The notes below the pieces were generated by a model. It was not told the DNA's origin. It saw only the letters and a program-made list of their open reading frames with translations, and did no database searches. A stretch of DNA of 64,000 bases from Pseudomonadota bacterium (lineage in GTDB: Bacteria > Pseudomonadota > Gammaproteobacteria > JAKAQQ01): the NCBI GenBank assembly GCA_027320085.1, contig DAHVLZ010000009.1, forward strand, positions 256,001-320,000, in the 5' to 3' direction. This document shows positions 39,394-49,187 of this stretch, one piece after another. The first letter of the stretch is position 1. Each line of letters opens with the position of its first letter. The position numbers and the translations under genes were made by a program.

Positions 39394-40464
39394 ATGCCTG
39401 AAGAAGCCATTCGCATCCTTGATATAGCCCAGCTTTTGGAGTTCGGCGTACGAAACAACGCCTCCGACCTCCATATTTCCGCCGGCGAGCCCCCGATGAT
39501 CCGGGTCGATGGAGACATCCGACGAATCAATTTGCCGCCCCTCGATGGAAAGAAAGTGCATGACATGATCTACGACATTATGAACGATAAACAAAGGAAG
39601 CACTTTGAGGAATTCATGGATTGCGATTTTTCTTTTGAAATCAGTAAGCTAGCACGGTTCCGGGTCAACGCGTTCAATCAACGCAGGGGGCCAGGTGCAG
39701 TCTTCCGTACCATTCCCTCCGATGTCAAGACACTCGAGGATCTCGCCAGTCCGCCGACCTTCAAGGAACTCGTATTGCGACCCCGTGGGCTTGTCCTGGT
39801 CACCGGGCCAACCGGGTCCGGGAAGTCGACGACGCTCGCCGCCATGGTCAACCACGTCAACGAAAGTGTCATGTCCCACATTCTCACGATCGAGGACCCG
39901 ATCGAGTTCGTGCACCAATCCAAGAAGTGTATTATCAACCAGAGGGAGATCCATGAGCACGCGCTCGGATTCGCAGAGGCCTTGCGTGCCGGATTGCGTG
40001 AAGATCCGGACGTGATTTTAGTAGGTGAAATGCGTGATCTCGAAACCATCCGTCTGGCTCTCACAGCCGCCGAAACCGGTCACTTGGTTTTTGCAACCCT
40101 GCACACGAGTTCTGCCGCCAAGACAGTCGACCGTATCGTTGATGTCTTCCCGGCTGCCGAGAAGGATATGGTCCGCACCATGCTTTCCGAGTCACTGCAG
40201 GCTGTCATCTCGCAAACCTTGCTCAAAAAGGTCGGCGGTGGACGGATTGCTGCCTACGAAATCATGACAGCCACTCCTGCGATCCGCAACCTGATTCGGG
40301 AAAACAAAGTAGCCCAGATGTACTCGGCCATCCAGACTGGGCAGGCACACGGCATGCAAACGTTGGACCAGTGCCTGTCTGAGTTGCTCCGCCGGGGCGC
40401 CATCACACGGGAGCAAGCTCGCATCAAGGCAACCAACAAAGAGCTGTTCGCCCCAGGGGGATAA
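39394..40464 (+). CDS. pilT: Type IV pilus retraction ATPase PilT
   Basis: ASDLHI, GPTGSGKSTT, TIEDPIE, REDPDVILVGEMRD, AETGHL..TLH, AIRNLIRE. Confidence 0.97.
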   Translation: MPEEAIRILDIAQLLEFGVRNNASDLHISAGEPPMIRVDGDIRRINLPPLDGKKVHDMIYDIMNDKQRKHFEEFMDCDFSFEISKLARFRVNAFNQRRGPGAVFRTIPSDVKTLEDLASPPTFKELVLRPRGLVLVTGPTGSGKSTTLAAMVNHVNESVMSHILTIEDPIEFVHQSKKCIINQREIHEHALGFAEALRAGLREDPDVILVGEMRDLETIRLALTAAETGHLVFATLHTSSAAKTVDRIVDVFPAAEKDMVRTMLSESLQAVISQTLLKKVGGGRIAAYEIMTATPAIRNLIRENKVAQMYSAIQTGQAHGMQTLDQCLSELLRRGAITREQARIKATNKELFAPGG

Positions 40465-40467
40465 TTC

Positions 40468-41643
40468 ATGGACCGTGAACAAGCCATTAAGTTCGTCCAC
40501 GATTTGCTGCGCATCATGACCCAGCGCAGAGCCTCGGATCTCTTCATCGCAGCTGATTTCCCACCCGCCATGAAGATTGATGGTGAGGTCAAACCGGTAT
40601 CCGACCGTCCCTTTACTGCGGAACAGTCGGGTGTGATTGTCCGTGCCCTTTTCAATGACCGGCAGTCCCGCGAGTTCGATGCAACCAAGGAAATCAGTTT
40701 CGCAATAGCGCCGAAGGGGATTGGTCGGTTCCGGGTCAGTGCCTACGTCGAACAGGGACGGTTGGGTGCAGTTCTCCGCACGATTAATACACAGGTCCCC
40801 ACAGTTGCCGAACTTGAGCTTCCACGGATCCTGGAAGACATCTCTCTCACCAAACGCGGGCTCGTGCTGGTGGTCGGAGCAACCGGCTCGGGAAAATCTA
40901 CCACTCTGGCGGCTATGATCCATCACCGGAATATTGTTGCTCATGACCACATTGTTACCATTGAGGATCCCATTGAGTATGTCCACGGTCATGGATCCTG
41001 CCTGGTCACCCAGCGCGAACTGGGCGTGGATACCGAATCTTGGGGGGCCGCCCTCAAAAATACACTGCGACAAGCGCCTGACGTCATCTTGATTGGGGAG
41101 ATTCGAGATCCTGAAACCATGTCATACGCCGTTGAGTTCGCCGAAACCGGACACCTCTGTCTCAGCACCCTGCATGCCAACAATGCCAACCAAGCGTTGG
41201 ACCGAATCATTAATCTCTATCCCAAAGAACGGCGTCAGCAGTTGCTCATGGACCTTTCGCTGAACCTCAAAGCCATGGTCTCCCAGCGCCTCCTCCGACG
41301 GGCAAGCGGTACCGGCCGAGTGGCAGCCTTGGAAATCCTGGTCAACACGCCGTTGGCCGCTGACCTGATCTTCAAGGGTGAAATTGCCGAGCTCAAGGAA
41401 CTAATGGCAAAGTCAGTCAACGCTGGTATGCAAACATTCGACCAAGCGATTTTTGACCTTTACGAGAACGGTACCATTAGCTACGAGGAGGCACTCCGCA
41501 ATGCCGACTCACAGAATGAGCTACGCCTCCGGATTAAGCTCGAAAGCAAACGGGCTTCACGACCAGACGATTCCGAGCTTGATCAGCTTCATTTATCGGA
41601 ACCGGAAACGGCGCAACCCAAGTCACTTCGTCCCGGAAAATAA
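40468..41643 (+). CDS. pilU: PilU retraction ATPase
   Basis: ASDLFI...PP..K, GATGSGKSTT, LKNTLRQAPDVILIGE, GMQTFDQ, NADS.NELRL.IKL. Confidence 0.93.
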   Translation: MDREQAIKFVHDLLRIMTQRRASDLFIAADFPPAMKIDGEVKPVSDRPFTAEQSGVIVRALFNDRQSREFDATKEISFAIAPKGIGRFRVSAYVEQGRLGAVLRTINTQVPTVAELELPRILEDISLTKRGLVLVVGATGSGKSTTLAAMIHHRNIVAHDHIVTIEDPIEYVHGHGSCLVTQRELGVDTESWGAALKNTLRQAPDVILIGEIRDPETMSYAVEFAETGHLCLSTLHANNANQALDRIINLYPKERRQQLLMDLSLNLKAMVSQRLLRRASGTGRVAALEILVNTPLAADLIFKGEIAELKELMAKSVNAGMQTFDQAIFDLYENGTISYEEALRNADSQNELRLRIKLESKRASRPDDSELDQLHLSEPETAQPKSLRPGK

Positions 41644-41682
41644 TCTCCTGCCAACTCCCCGATACCCTGTCTGGAAACTTAG

Positions 41683-42738
41683 ATGAATCTAGAACCTTAT
41701 CTGCGCCTGATGGCCGAAAGAGCCGCCTCGGATTTGTACCTGACCACAGGCTCGCCCATCAAGATCCGAGTCCAAGGGAGAGTTCTATCTGTGGGCCGGA
41801 CTCCACTCGACGAATCGATGATCAGGGAAGCGACCCTTGGCATCATGAATGAAGCACTGATCAACCAGTTCGAGAATCGTCACCAAGCTGAATTCCCCCT
41901 GGAAATTACCGGAGTAGGGCGTTACCGGGTGAATGTGTTTCTCGAACGAGGCCGGGTTGCCATGGCCATCCGTTTTATTCCGATCAAGATCCCTGAATTG
42001 GACACCTTGGGGTTACCTGGAGTTTTGAAGGAGCTGATTCGTGCACCAAGAGGACTCATCCTTGTCGTGGGCGCGACAGGTGCTGGGAAATCCACAACCC
42101 TGGCTTCCTTGATTGACTACCGTAATGCACACCAGGCGGACCATATTCTCACCATTGAGGATCCCATCGAGTACGTCTACGAAAACCGCCTCTCGATTGT
42201 GAATCAACGTGAGGTCGGGAACGACGTTCTGAGTTACGCAGATGCCTTGCGTAGCGCATTGCGCGCGACACCCGATGTTCTGCTTATTGGTGAAATTCGG
42301 GACTCAGAGACCATGTCTGCCGCAGTTGAAATGGCCGCGACGGGCCACCTCACCTTGGCCACACTCCATACCAGCAATGCCCATCAGACCCTTGAACGGA
42401 TCCTCAACTTGTACTCCGAATCGGCCCAGAAACTGGTACTGACTGACCTTTCAATCAACATGCGGGCAATCATCGCCCAGCGGCTGGTTCCCAATGTGGA
42501 TGCGAAACTGGTTGCAGCTGTCGAAATCCTGCTCAATACCCCACATATGGCGGACTTGATTCACAAGGGAGAACTCGGTATGTTGCGTGAAGCCATGGAG
42601 TCGAGCCATGAAATTGGAATGCAAACATTCGATACGGCGCTCTACCAGCTCTACCGGGACGGCATCATTGACCTCAAGACCGGACTGAACTATGCCGATT
42701 CCCGAACCAACCTTGAAAACAAGATCCGTTTCGGCTGA
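41683..42738 (+). CDS. Second PilU-like (PilT/PilU family) ATPase
   Basis: ASDLYL, GATGAGKSTT, TIEDPIE, PDVLLIGEIRD, GMQTFD, YADSRTNL. Confidence 0.9.
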   Translation: MNLEPYLRLMAERAASDLYLTTGSPIKIRVQGRVLSVGRTPLDESMIREATLGIMNEALINQFENRHQAEFPLEITGVGRYRVNVFLERGRVAMAIRFIPIKIPELDTLGLPGVLKELIRAPRGLILVVGATGAGKSTTLASLIDYRNAHQADHILTIEDPIEYVYENRLSIVNQREVGNDVLSYADALRSALRATPDVLLIGEIRDSETMSAAVEMAATGHLTLATLHTSNAHQTLERILNLYSESAQKLVLTDLSINMRAIIAQRLVPNVDAKLVAAVEILLNTPHMADLIHKGELGMLREAMESSHEIGMQTFDTALYQLYRDGIIDLKTGLNYADSRTNLENKIRFG

Positions 42739-44758
42739 ATATTCAACCGTCCCCGTATCTCTCCGCATCATTCCAAGAGTTCTGGGAGTCGGGAGCCTTG
42801 TCGCGCTTTGCCTGCTACCGGCCTTCGGAGCCGGCCCCACCAAGACGATAAAGAGTGGCACTTCCCTTGTTGCGCCCGGCTTTGCCAATTCCCGCGCCAT
42901 CCATGTCAGTCTATCCCCCAACGGCCATTGGCTGGCCATCGCAGGGTATTTCGGTGCTGCCCACCAAGAAGGACTGGCTCTCCTCAACCTGAGGGAGCCC
43001 CGCTATGACCAGCGCCTGCACGTAGTCCGCAAAAGCCAGATCAACCATCTACGGTGGGCAGGGCCCCACGTTCTGCTAGCCACGACCCGGATCAAGCTGC
43101 CAGGCTACCGCAAAACCCTTCGGAGTGGAGAGATTTGGGCCATCCACCTGATTCATCATCACGCCCAAAGTAGCCTCCTTGCCGGATATCGGAAACAAGG
43201 CCTTGCGTTCAACATCGCTATTTACCTGATCCTGTCCCCACTCGACCATGATCCAGACCGGGTGGTAGTCGAGCGCTATTCTTCCGTTGACCTTGCACCG
43301 GAGACCGACATCCTAAATGTCCAAACCGGCCTCATGCTGCGTGGGATCCATAGTCCACTGACAAACGGACAACTATTAACCGACAACGACGGGCATGTGC
43401 GTCTAGCCTTCGGTACGAACGCACTCACCGGACAAATCGAGTTATGGTTCCGGAAACCACATACCCTGGAATGGAAGAATTTGAGCTTTCTCCTCAAGAA
43501 CTTTGGGCCGGCATCAAATGTGAGACCCCTCGGGTTTCTACCTGGCAATCGCCACTTTTACCTCCTCCGGACCAGTCATTACGGCACCCTTGGGCTTTAT
43601 GCCGTAAACCCTGACAACGGGAGAGAAACCCGGCTCTATGTCAATCCCAAAAACGATATCCTGAGGATTGCCCGGTCGCCCTCCGGGCGGGTTTATGCGG
43701 TCTGGGTGGGGATCCAGAAACCACACTGGGTTGTGATTGCCCCCAAAAACCGCGAAGCCGAATGGCTTAGATTACTTTCACCGGTCTTCCGCAACCAGCG
43801 GGTCACCATCCGGGACGTCACCCGTGATCGCACCATGGCTTTGATCCGCGTCCGGGGAGATCGCAATGCGGGAGAATACTATCTCTTCGATCCCAAAAGA
43901 CACCTCTTGCGATATCTCCTGAGTACACAACCGGGAATAGCGCCACCTGAACTGTCTTCTTGGCACACGTTCATGCTCCCTTGGCGTGGCCTCAAAGAAC
44001 CGGTCTATCTGGCTTATCCGCACGGTCCGGCCCGTGACCGCAAGGGTTTGGTCGTCTGGATCCATGGGCACCCCTTCGAGGAAGGCATACGCTGGCGTTC
44101 TGATCCTCGCCTCCAAGAACTCACACGCCATGGTTTCGTAGTTATGGAAGTTGACTACCCGGGTTCCTTTGGCCGTGGGAAAGTCTGGCGCCAACTGGGG
44201 TACCACCAATGGGGTAGAACCATGCTGGATGGGATCTGGGCCGCAGTTCGCTGGGTGGCTGGACAGCACGGGATCCCCTTTGGCCGGCTGGCTCTGGCAG
44301 GGCATGGTTACGGCGGATATGCCGCACTCATGCTCGGAGCCGAGCACCCCAGGCAGGTTCGGGCAATCGTGAGCCTGAACGGCATTTATGAACTGTCGTT
44401 GCTGAGAACGCCTGAGGAGCGATTATGGCGTTCGCCTTTTGGCAGGCGGTTCCTGAATACGGTACTTGGGCATCAACACCTCAATGCCGACTCTCCTCTT
44501 GCCCGTGCCCGATCAATACGTGCACCAGTTTTCCTGATCCATGGAGGAAGAGACTCCAGGGATCCTTCCGGTGGAGAAAACCATCTTGTATTGATCCTCA
44601 AAGAACACTCTGTTCTGGTCCGGCTCCTTGAAGAACCCACCCAAGGCTGGCATTTCACAGGCGCTCGCACCCGCTCCAAGATTTGGCGTGGGATCGCAAC
44701 TTTCCTGAACCAGGCATTTGCGTCAGGGTCTCCCCTCACCCCGATCCACCGTGACTGA
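42692..44758 (+). CDS. S9 (prolyl oligopeptidase/acylaminoacyl peptidase) family protein lacking the catalytic Ser
   Basis: Signal-like segment, propeller region (SLSPNG), VVWIHGHP, DYPGSFG.G, GHGYGG, FLIHG..D, H.F; start uncertain. Confidence 0.8.
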   Translation: MPIPEPTLKTRSVSAEYSTVPVSLRIIPRVLGVGSLVALCLLPAFGAGPTKTIKSGTSLVAPGFANSRAIHVSLSPNGHWLAIAGYFGAAHQEGLALLNLREPRYDQRLHVVRKSQINHLRWAGPHVLLATTRIKLPGYRKTLRSGEIWAIHLIHHHAQSSLLAGYRKQGLAFNIAIYLILSPLDHDPDRVVVERYSSVDLAPETDILNVQTGLMLRGIHSPLTNGQLLTDNDGHVRLAFGTNALTGQIELWFRKPHTLEWKNLSFLLKNFGPASNVRPLGFLPGNRHFYLLRTSHYGTLGLYAVNPDNGRETRLYVNPKNDILRIARSPSGRVYAVWVGIQKPHWVVIAPKNREAEWLRLLSPVFRNQRVTIRDVTRDRTMALIRVRGDRNAGEYYLFDPKRHLLRYLLSTQPGIAPPELSSWHTFMLPWRGLKEPVYLAYPHGPARDRKGLVVWIHGHPFEEGIRWRSDPRLQELTRHGFVVMEVDYPGSFGRGKVWRQLGYHQWGRTMLDGIWAAVRWVAGQHGIPFGRLALAGHGYGGYAALMLGAEHPRQVRAIVSLNGIYELSLLRTPEERLWRSPFGRRFLNTVLGHQHLNADSPLARARSIRAPVFLIHGGRDSRDPSGGENHLVLILKEHSVLVRLLEEPTQGWHFTGARTRSKIWRGIATFLNQAFASGSPLTPIHRD

Positions 44759-46847
44759 ATCCGGCGTGGGAATCGACAAACCCCCAACCCCCAAGGCCCG
44801 CAAACCGCTGCCCCCGGACGCTGAATCCTTCATTTCGGAAATCGTCCGCTGGGGGTTTCATGGACTTGAAGATCTGCTGTTTGATCTCCCGCTGCGCTAC
44901 GAAGACGAAACCCAAATCACACCCATCGGGGCACTGGCACCAGGTCAGTCCGCGTTGGTCCAGGGAAAAGTTGAACTAGCCGATATCCGATACATACCTC
45001 GTCGTCAGCTGTTATGCCGCATTGCCGATGGAAGCGGTCACTTGCACCTACGGTTCTTTCACTTTTACAACTCGCAACATGTCGGATTTAAGCGAGGTTT
45101 GACGGTCCGGGCATTTGGCACCCTACGGGAAGGTGGGCTGGGCCGGGAGTTTATCCATCCGCGATACCGGGTTTTCAAGGGCAGTCTGCCTCCGCTTAAA
45201 CGGAACCTGACCGCAGTCTATTCCAAGCGGGCCGGAGTGGAGTCGCGCCATCAGGAACGACTGATTGCCATGGCACTCGACCTCATGGAACAAAAACAGC
45301 TCGAACTACCCGATCATCTACCTCCTACACTAATCCGGCCATGGGCTTCCTGCAGTCTTCTGGAAGCACTGCGTGGTGTACACCAGCCCCCAGCTGGCCT
45401 CCCACTGGAATCACTCGAGAATTGGCTCAAACCTTATCAAAGGCGACTGGCCTTTGAGGAACTGCTCGCTCATGCCTTGTCACTGCGAAAAATCCGAATG
45501 GTCTGGGAACGTGCACGAAGCCACCCTCTTACTATTCCCGCCAAACCACTGGCCCATTTTCTCAAAACCCTGCCCTGGGAATTGACCGGAGCCCAGCAAC
45601 GTACTTGGCATGAGATCGAATGCGACCTCTCCAGTGGAAAACCCATGCTCCGGCTTCTACAGGGAGATGTCGGTTCCGGGAAAACCCTGCTTGCCATTCT
45701 GGCCGCTTGGGCTACTTTGATAAATCGAGGACAGGTCGCCGTGATGGCCCCGACCGAACTCCTCGCTGACCAGCATTACACCACCTTTCAGAGATTTCTT
45801 TCCCCACTGGAGAAACCTGTTCTGAGACTGGCTTCCCGCTCCCCGAAAAGCCAGCGACGCCTGATTCTGGAGTGCCTTGCCGCGGGCACACCCTGTGTGG
45901 TTATCGGAACTCAAAACCTGTTCCAAAATGAAGTCGTCTTTGGCCATCTGACGACCGTCATCATTGATGAACAGCACCGATTCGGAGTCGAACAACGTCT
46001 GGATCTGGTCAACAAAGGCACCCGGACACGCCCCCACCAACTCATCATGACGGCCACACCGATCCCCCGTACCTTGGCGATGTCACTGTATGCAGGCCTG
46101 GATCAATCTCGTCTCGACGAACTCCCACCGGGTCGCCAAGGGATCTCGACAACGATTTTCCCAGCCGAGCGACGCGCTGAAATCATGTCGCGGCTGCAGG
46201 CATTGTGTGAGAAAGGTCAGCGAATCTTCTGGGTATGCCCAAGAATCGAGGAAAACGAGGGTTCCGGTGGCCGTGCGGCAGAAACAGCGCTTGAGGACCT
46301 CCGAAGGACTCTTCCCCAACTTCCCGTAGGCCTGCTACATGGACGGGTTGGCGGTCCTGAGCGACAGCAGATCATTGAGGGATTCCGGGATGGTCGGATC
46401 CCGATTCTCGTCAGCACGACTGTCGTCGAAGTCGGAGTTGATATCCCGGAAGCGACAGTCATGGTAGTTGACGGCGCGGAGCGATTGGGCCTCTTGCAGT
46501 TGCATCAGCTGCGTGGCCGTGTTGGCCGAGGGTCACAGCCGGGCCAATGCCTGTTGATCTATGAAACCCTTTCTCCGGATGCCCGTTCACGTCTTGAGGT
46601 CATGCGGCAAAGCAGTGACGGGTTTTGGATTGCGGAACAGGATCTTGAAATCAGAGGGCCGGGTGAGATCTGGGGGGCGCGGCAGAGCGGAGGATTGAAC
46701 TTCCGCGTTGCCCAGCTTTACCGGGACCGAGACCTCCTTACACTCATTCCTGAGGCCACCCAAAGGCTGGCTAACGAAAATCCTGAGACCATTGAACCTT
46801 TGGTCGCTCGCTGGATAGGAGGAGACCTGCGTTTCGGCAGTGCCTGA
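44751..46847 (+). CDS. recG: ATP-dependent DNA helicase RecG
   Basis: LPLRYED, RLLQGDVGSGKT, MAPTELLA.QH, DEQHRFG, MTATPIPRTL, QLHQLRGRVGRG, DLEIRGPGE. Confidence 0.96.
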   Translation: MTESGVGIDKPPTPKARKPLPPDAESFISEIVRWGFHGLEDLLFDLPLRYEDETQITPIGALAPGQSALVQGKVELADIRYIPRRQLLCRIADGSGHLHLRFFHFYNSQHVGFKRGLTVRAFGTLREGGLGREFIHPRYRVFKGSLPPLKRNLTAVYSKRAGVESRHQERLIAMALDLMEQKQLELPDHLPPTLIRPWASCSLLEALRGVHQPPAGLPLESLENWLKPYQRRLAFEELLAHALSLRKIRMVWERARSHPLTIPAKPLAHFLKTLPWELTGAQQRTWHEIECDLSSGKPMLRLLQGDVGSGKTLLAILAAWATLINRGQVAVMAPTELLADQHYTTFQRFLSPLEKPVLRLASRSPKSQRRLILECLAAGTPCVVIGTQNLFQNEVVFGHLTTVIIDEQHRFGVEQRLDLVNKGTRTRPHQLIMTATPIPRTLAMSLYAGLDQSRLDELPPGRQGISTTIFPAERRAEIMSRLQALCEKGQRIFWVCPRIEENEGSGGRAAETALEDLRRTLPQLPVGLLHGRVGGPERQQIIEGFRDGRIPILVSTTVVEVGVDIPEATVMVVDGAERLGLLQLHQLRGRVGRGSQPGQCLLIYETLSPDARSRLEVMRQSSDGFWIAEQDLEIRGPGEIWGARQSGGLNFRVAQLYRDRDLLTLIPEATQRLANENPETIEPLVARWIGGDLRFGSA

Positions 46848-46930
46848 TTCCGATGCCGAGGTTCGTGACTATAATAACTGGATCTCCAGCATCACTCTTG
46901 CGTTTCGGAACCATTTGGTTTTCTCCTGTT

Positions 46931-47500
46931 ATGAAACAACAATTTTTACAGAGTCATGGCTGGCATCAACCGGAGTGGTGGAGTAGCGCTCGTGACGACC
47001 CAGTCTGGCCGTGGCTTACTGACGAAGGTTCTCTGACCGCAAAGCTCAGAAAATGGGCAGGAGAACATCTCCGTTTGGTTCCATTTATGGAAGTACACAC
47101 GGCTTTCGATTCGGATGACATGCGCTTTCTTGGCTCGTCCACATCCGTTGCCGGACTCCGTCGTGAGGTCGCTTTTTTTTCGGAGTCGGAACCCTGGGTA
47201 TTTGCCTCCACCCTGATTCCAGACGAAACACTCAAAGAGGAGCCTTGGTTAGTTCATCTCGGAACCACTCCGCTTGGCGATCGTTTGTTTGGAGAAAAAA
47301 GGGGTCAGCGGATCAGGCTCGAAATCGCCCAGATCCGGACTGGGCACCCGCTCTATGAAGCATCCCGCTGCCAACTGGGCCGCCTACCCACCTGGTTTTG
47401 GGCACGTCGCTCACTTTTCCGAGTGGGCCACCATTCACTCATCGTCCAGGACGGCTTCATAGGATTCAGGGCCCCCTGGAGAGGAACTTCGATCCTCTGA
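46931..47500 (+). CDS. ubiC: Chorismate pyruvate-lyase
   Basis: WL.D.GSLT.+L, RREV......PWVFA.T.IP, LG..PLG..LF, WARRS.F. Confidence 0.85.
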   Translation: MKQQFLQSHGWHQPEWWSSARDDPVWPWLTDEGSLTAKLRKWAGEHLRLVPFMEVHTAFDSDDMRFLGSSTSVAGLRREVAFFSESEPWVFASTLIPDETLKEEPWLVHLGTTPLGDRLFGEKRGQRIRLEIAQIRTGHPLYEASRCQLGRLPTWFWARRSLFRVGHHSLIVQDGFIGFRAPWRGTSIL

Positions 47501-47633
47501 ATCCCATCCCGTCCAGATTTGGCATCCGTGAGCCAGTGCTATAGGATAGCGGGCACATACTGGAGATTTTAATTCCAGTTCACTCCCAACTCGGCCGTGA
47601 TGGCCCCTCCCCAGCAATGCAGGAGAGTGCACC

Positions 47634-49172
47634 GTGCGACAAATCGTCAAAAACAGTTTACTGGTCGTTTTGAGCGTGACTTCAGCCGGAGCTTGGGCAC
47701 GCCTGCCAGTTCATGAACCCGTCGCTCCTGCCCACCCGATTCTCGGGCGCCGCATTGTCAGCCACGGGGTGGTTGTGGTGGATGGCCGCCGCATCCCTTA
47801 TACGGCAACCGCGGGAACTCTTATTCTCAAAAACAAAAAGAACCAGCCAACAGCTAGCATGTTTTATGTGGCCTATACCCGTTCTGGCGTCCGCCACCTC
47901 TCGCAGCGACCGATCACATTCGTCTACAACGGTGGACCTGGTTCATCCTCCGTATGGCTACTCATGGGTGGACTCGGTGCTGTCCGGGTTGTCACAGCCA
48001 ACGCTCGGGTCACCCCGCCACCACCTTACCCCGTGATTTCCAGCCCATCGAGCCTGTTACCGGTCACCGATCTGGTATTCATTGATGCTGTTGGCACCGG
48101 ATACAGCCATGTGGTTGGGGTTGGCCGGGACAAAGATTTCTGGGGAGTCGATGACGACGTGCGCTCTTTTGGACAATTTATTGAGCGCTACATCAGCCAG
48201 AACAACCGCTGGAACTCACCCAAGTTCCTGCTTGGAGAAAGCTATGGGACCACCCGATCGGCCAATCTTGTGGATTACCTCGAGGGGCAAGGAATCACCT
48301 GTAATGGCGTGATCCTGCTTTCCTCTATCTTGAACTACGGGGATTCCTGGCCCGGTACCGATCTGCGTTACATAACCTACCTGCCTTCCTATACGGCAGT
48401 CGCCTGGTATCACCATGCCTTGCCTGAGCAACCGGCACATCTTGCCCCTCTCATCCGCAAGGTCGAGCAGTTTGCCCGAACCTCCTACGCTTATGCCCTT
48501 TTCCAGGGGAGTCGTCTCAGCCCGGCCAAGAAAGCTGCCGTTCTGGCCACGCTGCATCAATATACAGGCCTCAGTACCGGCTTTCTCGAGGCGGTCCACC
48601 TACGGGTCACTCCGGACCGTTTTAGAGCGCAACTGCTAAGAGATCGAGGCCGTGAACAGTTTGTTGGCCGGCTTGATGCACGCTTCACAGGGATCAATCG
48701 GGATGGGGCCGAGGAATCCCCGGACTACGGGGCGCTCATGGCCGCCGTTTCGCCCGCTTTCACGGCGGCATTCAACTGGTATGTCCGCGAACGCCTGCAT
48801 TACAGCGCTCATCGCGCCTATCGGGTGATGAACGGGCAGGTTATCCAGAAGTGGAACTGGAATCACCGGTTTCCGGGAGCTGGTTACTCCTGGCCCTTGC
48901 CTGATGTTGCACCCAACCTGGCGGATGCGATGAGGAAAAACCCCTATCTCCAGATTTTTTCAGGCAATGGATATTTTGACCTCGCAACACCGTTTTACAA
49001 GACCGAGTTCGACTTTGCCCATATGAAACTCCCTCATCGCCTCATGACACGAATCCATTTTCACTTCTACCACTCCGGGCATATGCTCTACCTTCACCCA
49101 GCCACCCTGGCTCATCTTGACCGCAATCTGATCCAGTTCTATCACATGGTTCTTGCCAGAGATCACCAGTAA
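47634..49172 (+). CDS. Secreted serine carboxypeptidase, S10 family
   Basis: Signal peptide; FVYNGGPGSSS, DLVFID.VGTGYS, GESYG, G.FDLATP, SGHM.Y; AGGAG RBS. Confidence 0.92.
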   Translation: MRQIVKNSLLVVLSVTSAGAWARLPVHEPVAPAHPILGRRIVSHGVVVVDGRRIPYTATAGTLILKNKKNQPTASMFYVAYTRSGVRHLSQRPITFVYNGGPGSSSVWLLMGGLGAVRVVTANARVTPPPPYPVISSPSSLLPVTDLVFIDAVGTGYSHVVGVGRDKDFWGVDDDVRSFGQFIERYISQNNRWNSPKFLLGESYGTTRSANLVDYLEGQGITCNGVILLSSILNYGDSWPGTDLRYITYLPSYTAVAWYHHALPEQPAHLAPLIRKVEQFARTSYAYALFQGSRLSPAKKAAVLATLHQYTGLSTGFLEAVHLRVTPDRFRAQLLRDRGREQFVGRLDARFTGINRDGAEESPDYGALMAAVSPAFTAAFNWYVRERLHYSAHRAYRVMNGQVIQKWNWNHRFPGAGYSWPLPDVAPNLADAMRKNPYLQIFSGNGYFDLATPFYKTEFDFAHMKLPHRLMTRIHFHFYHSGHMLYLHPATLAHLDRNLIQFYHMVLARDHQ

Positions 49173-49187
49173 ACCGGTTCGCAGGAG

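Noticed and set aside
39346-39603. Long N-terminal extension of the proC ORF (382 aa call)
   Set aside because: Antisense to the conserved pilT 5' end; ProC similarity begins near 39280.
40192-41073. 293-aa minus-strand ORF and many other antisense ORFs in the track
   Set aside because: Shadow ORFs opposite well-supported genes, with no recognisable motifs.
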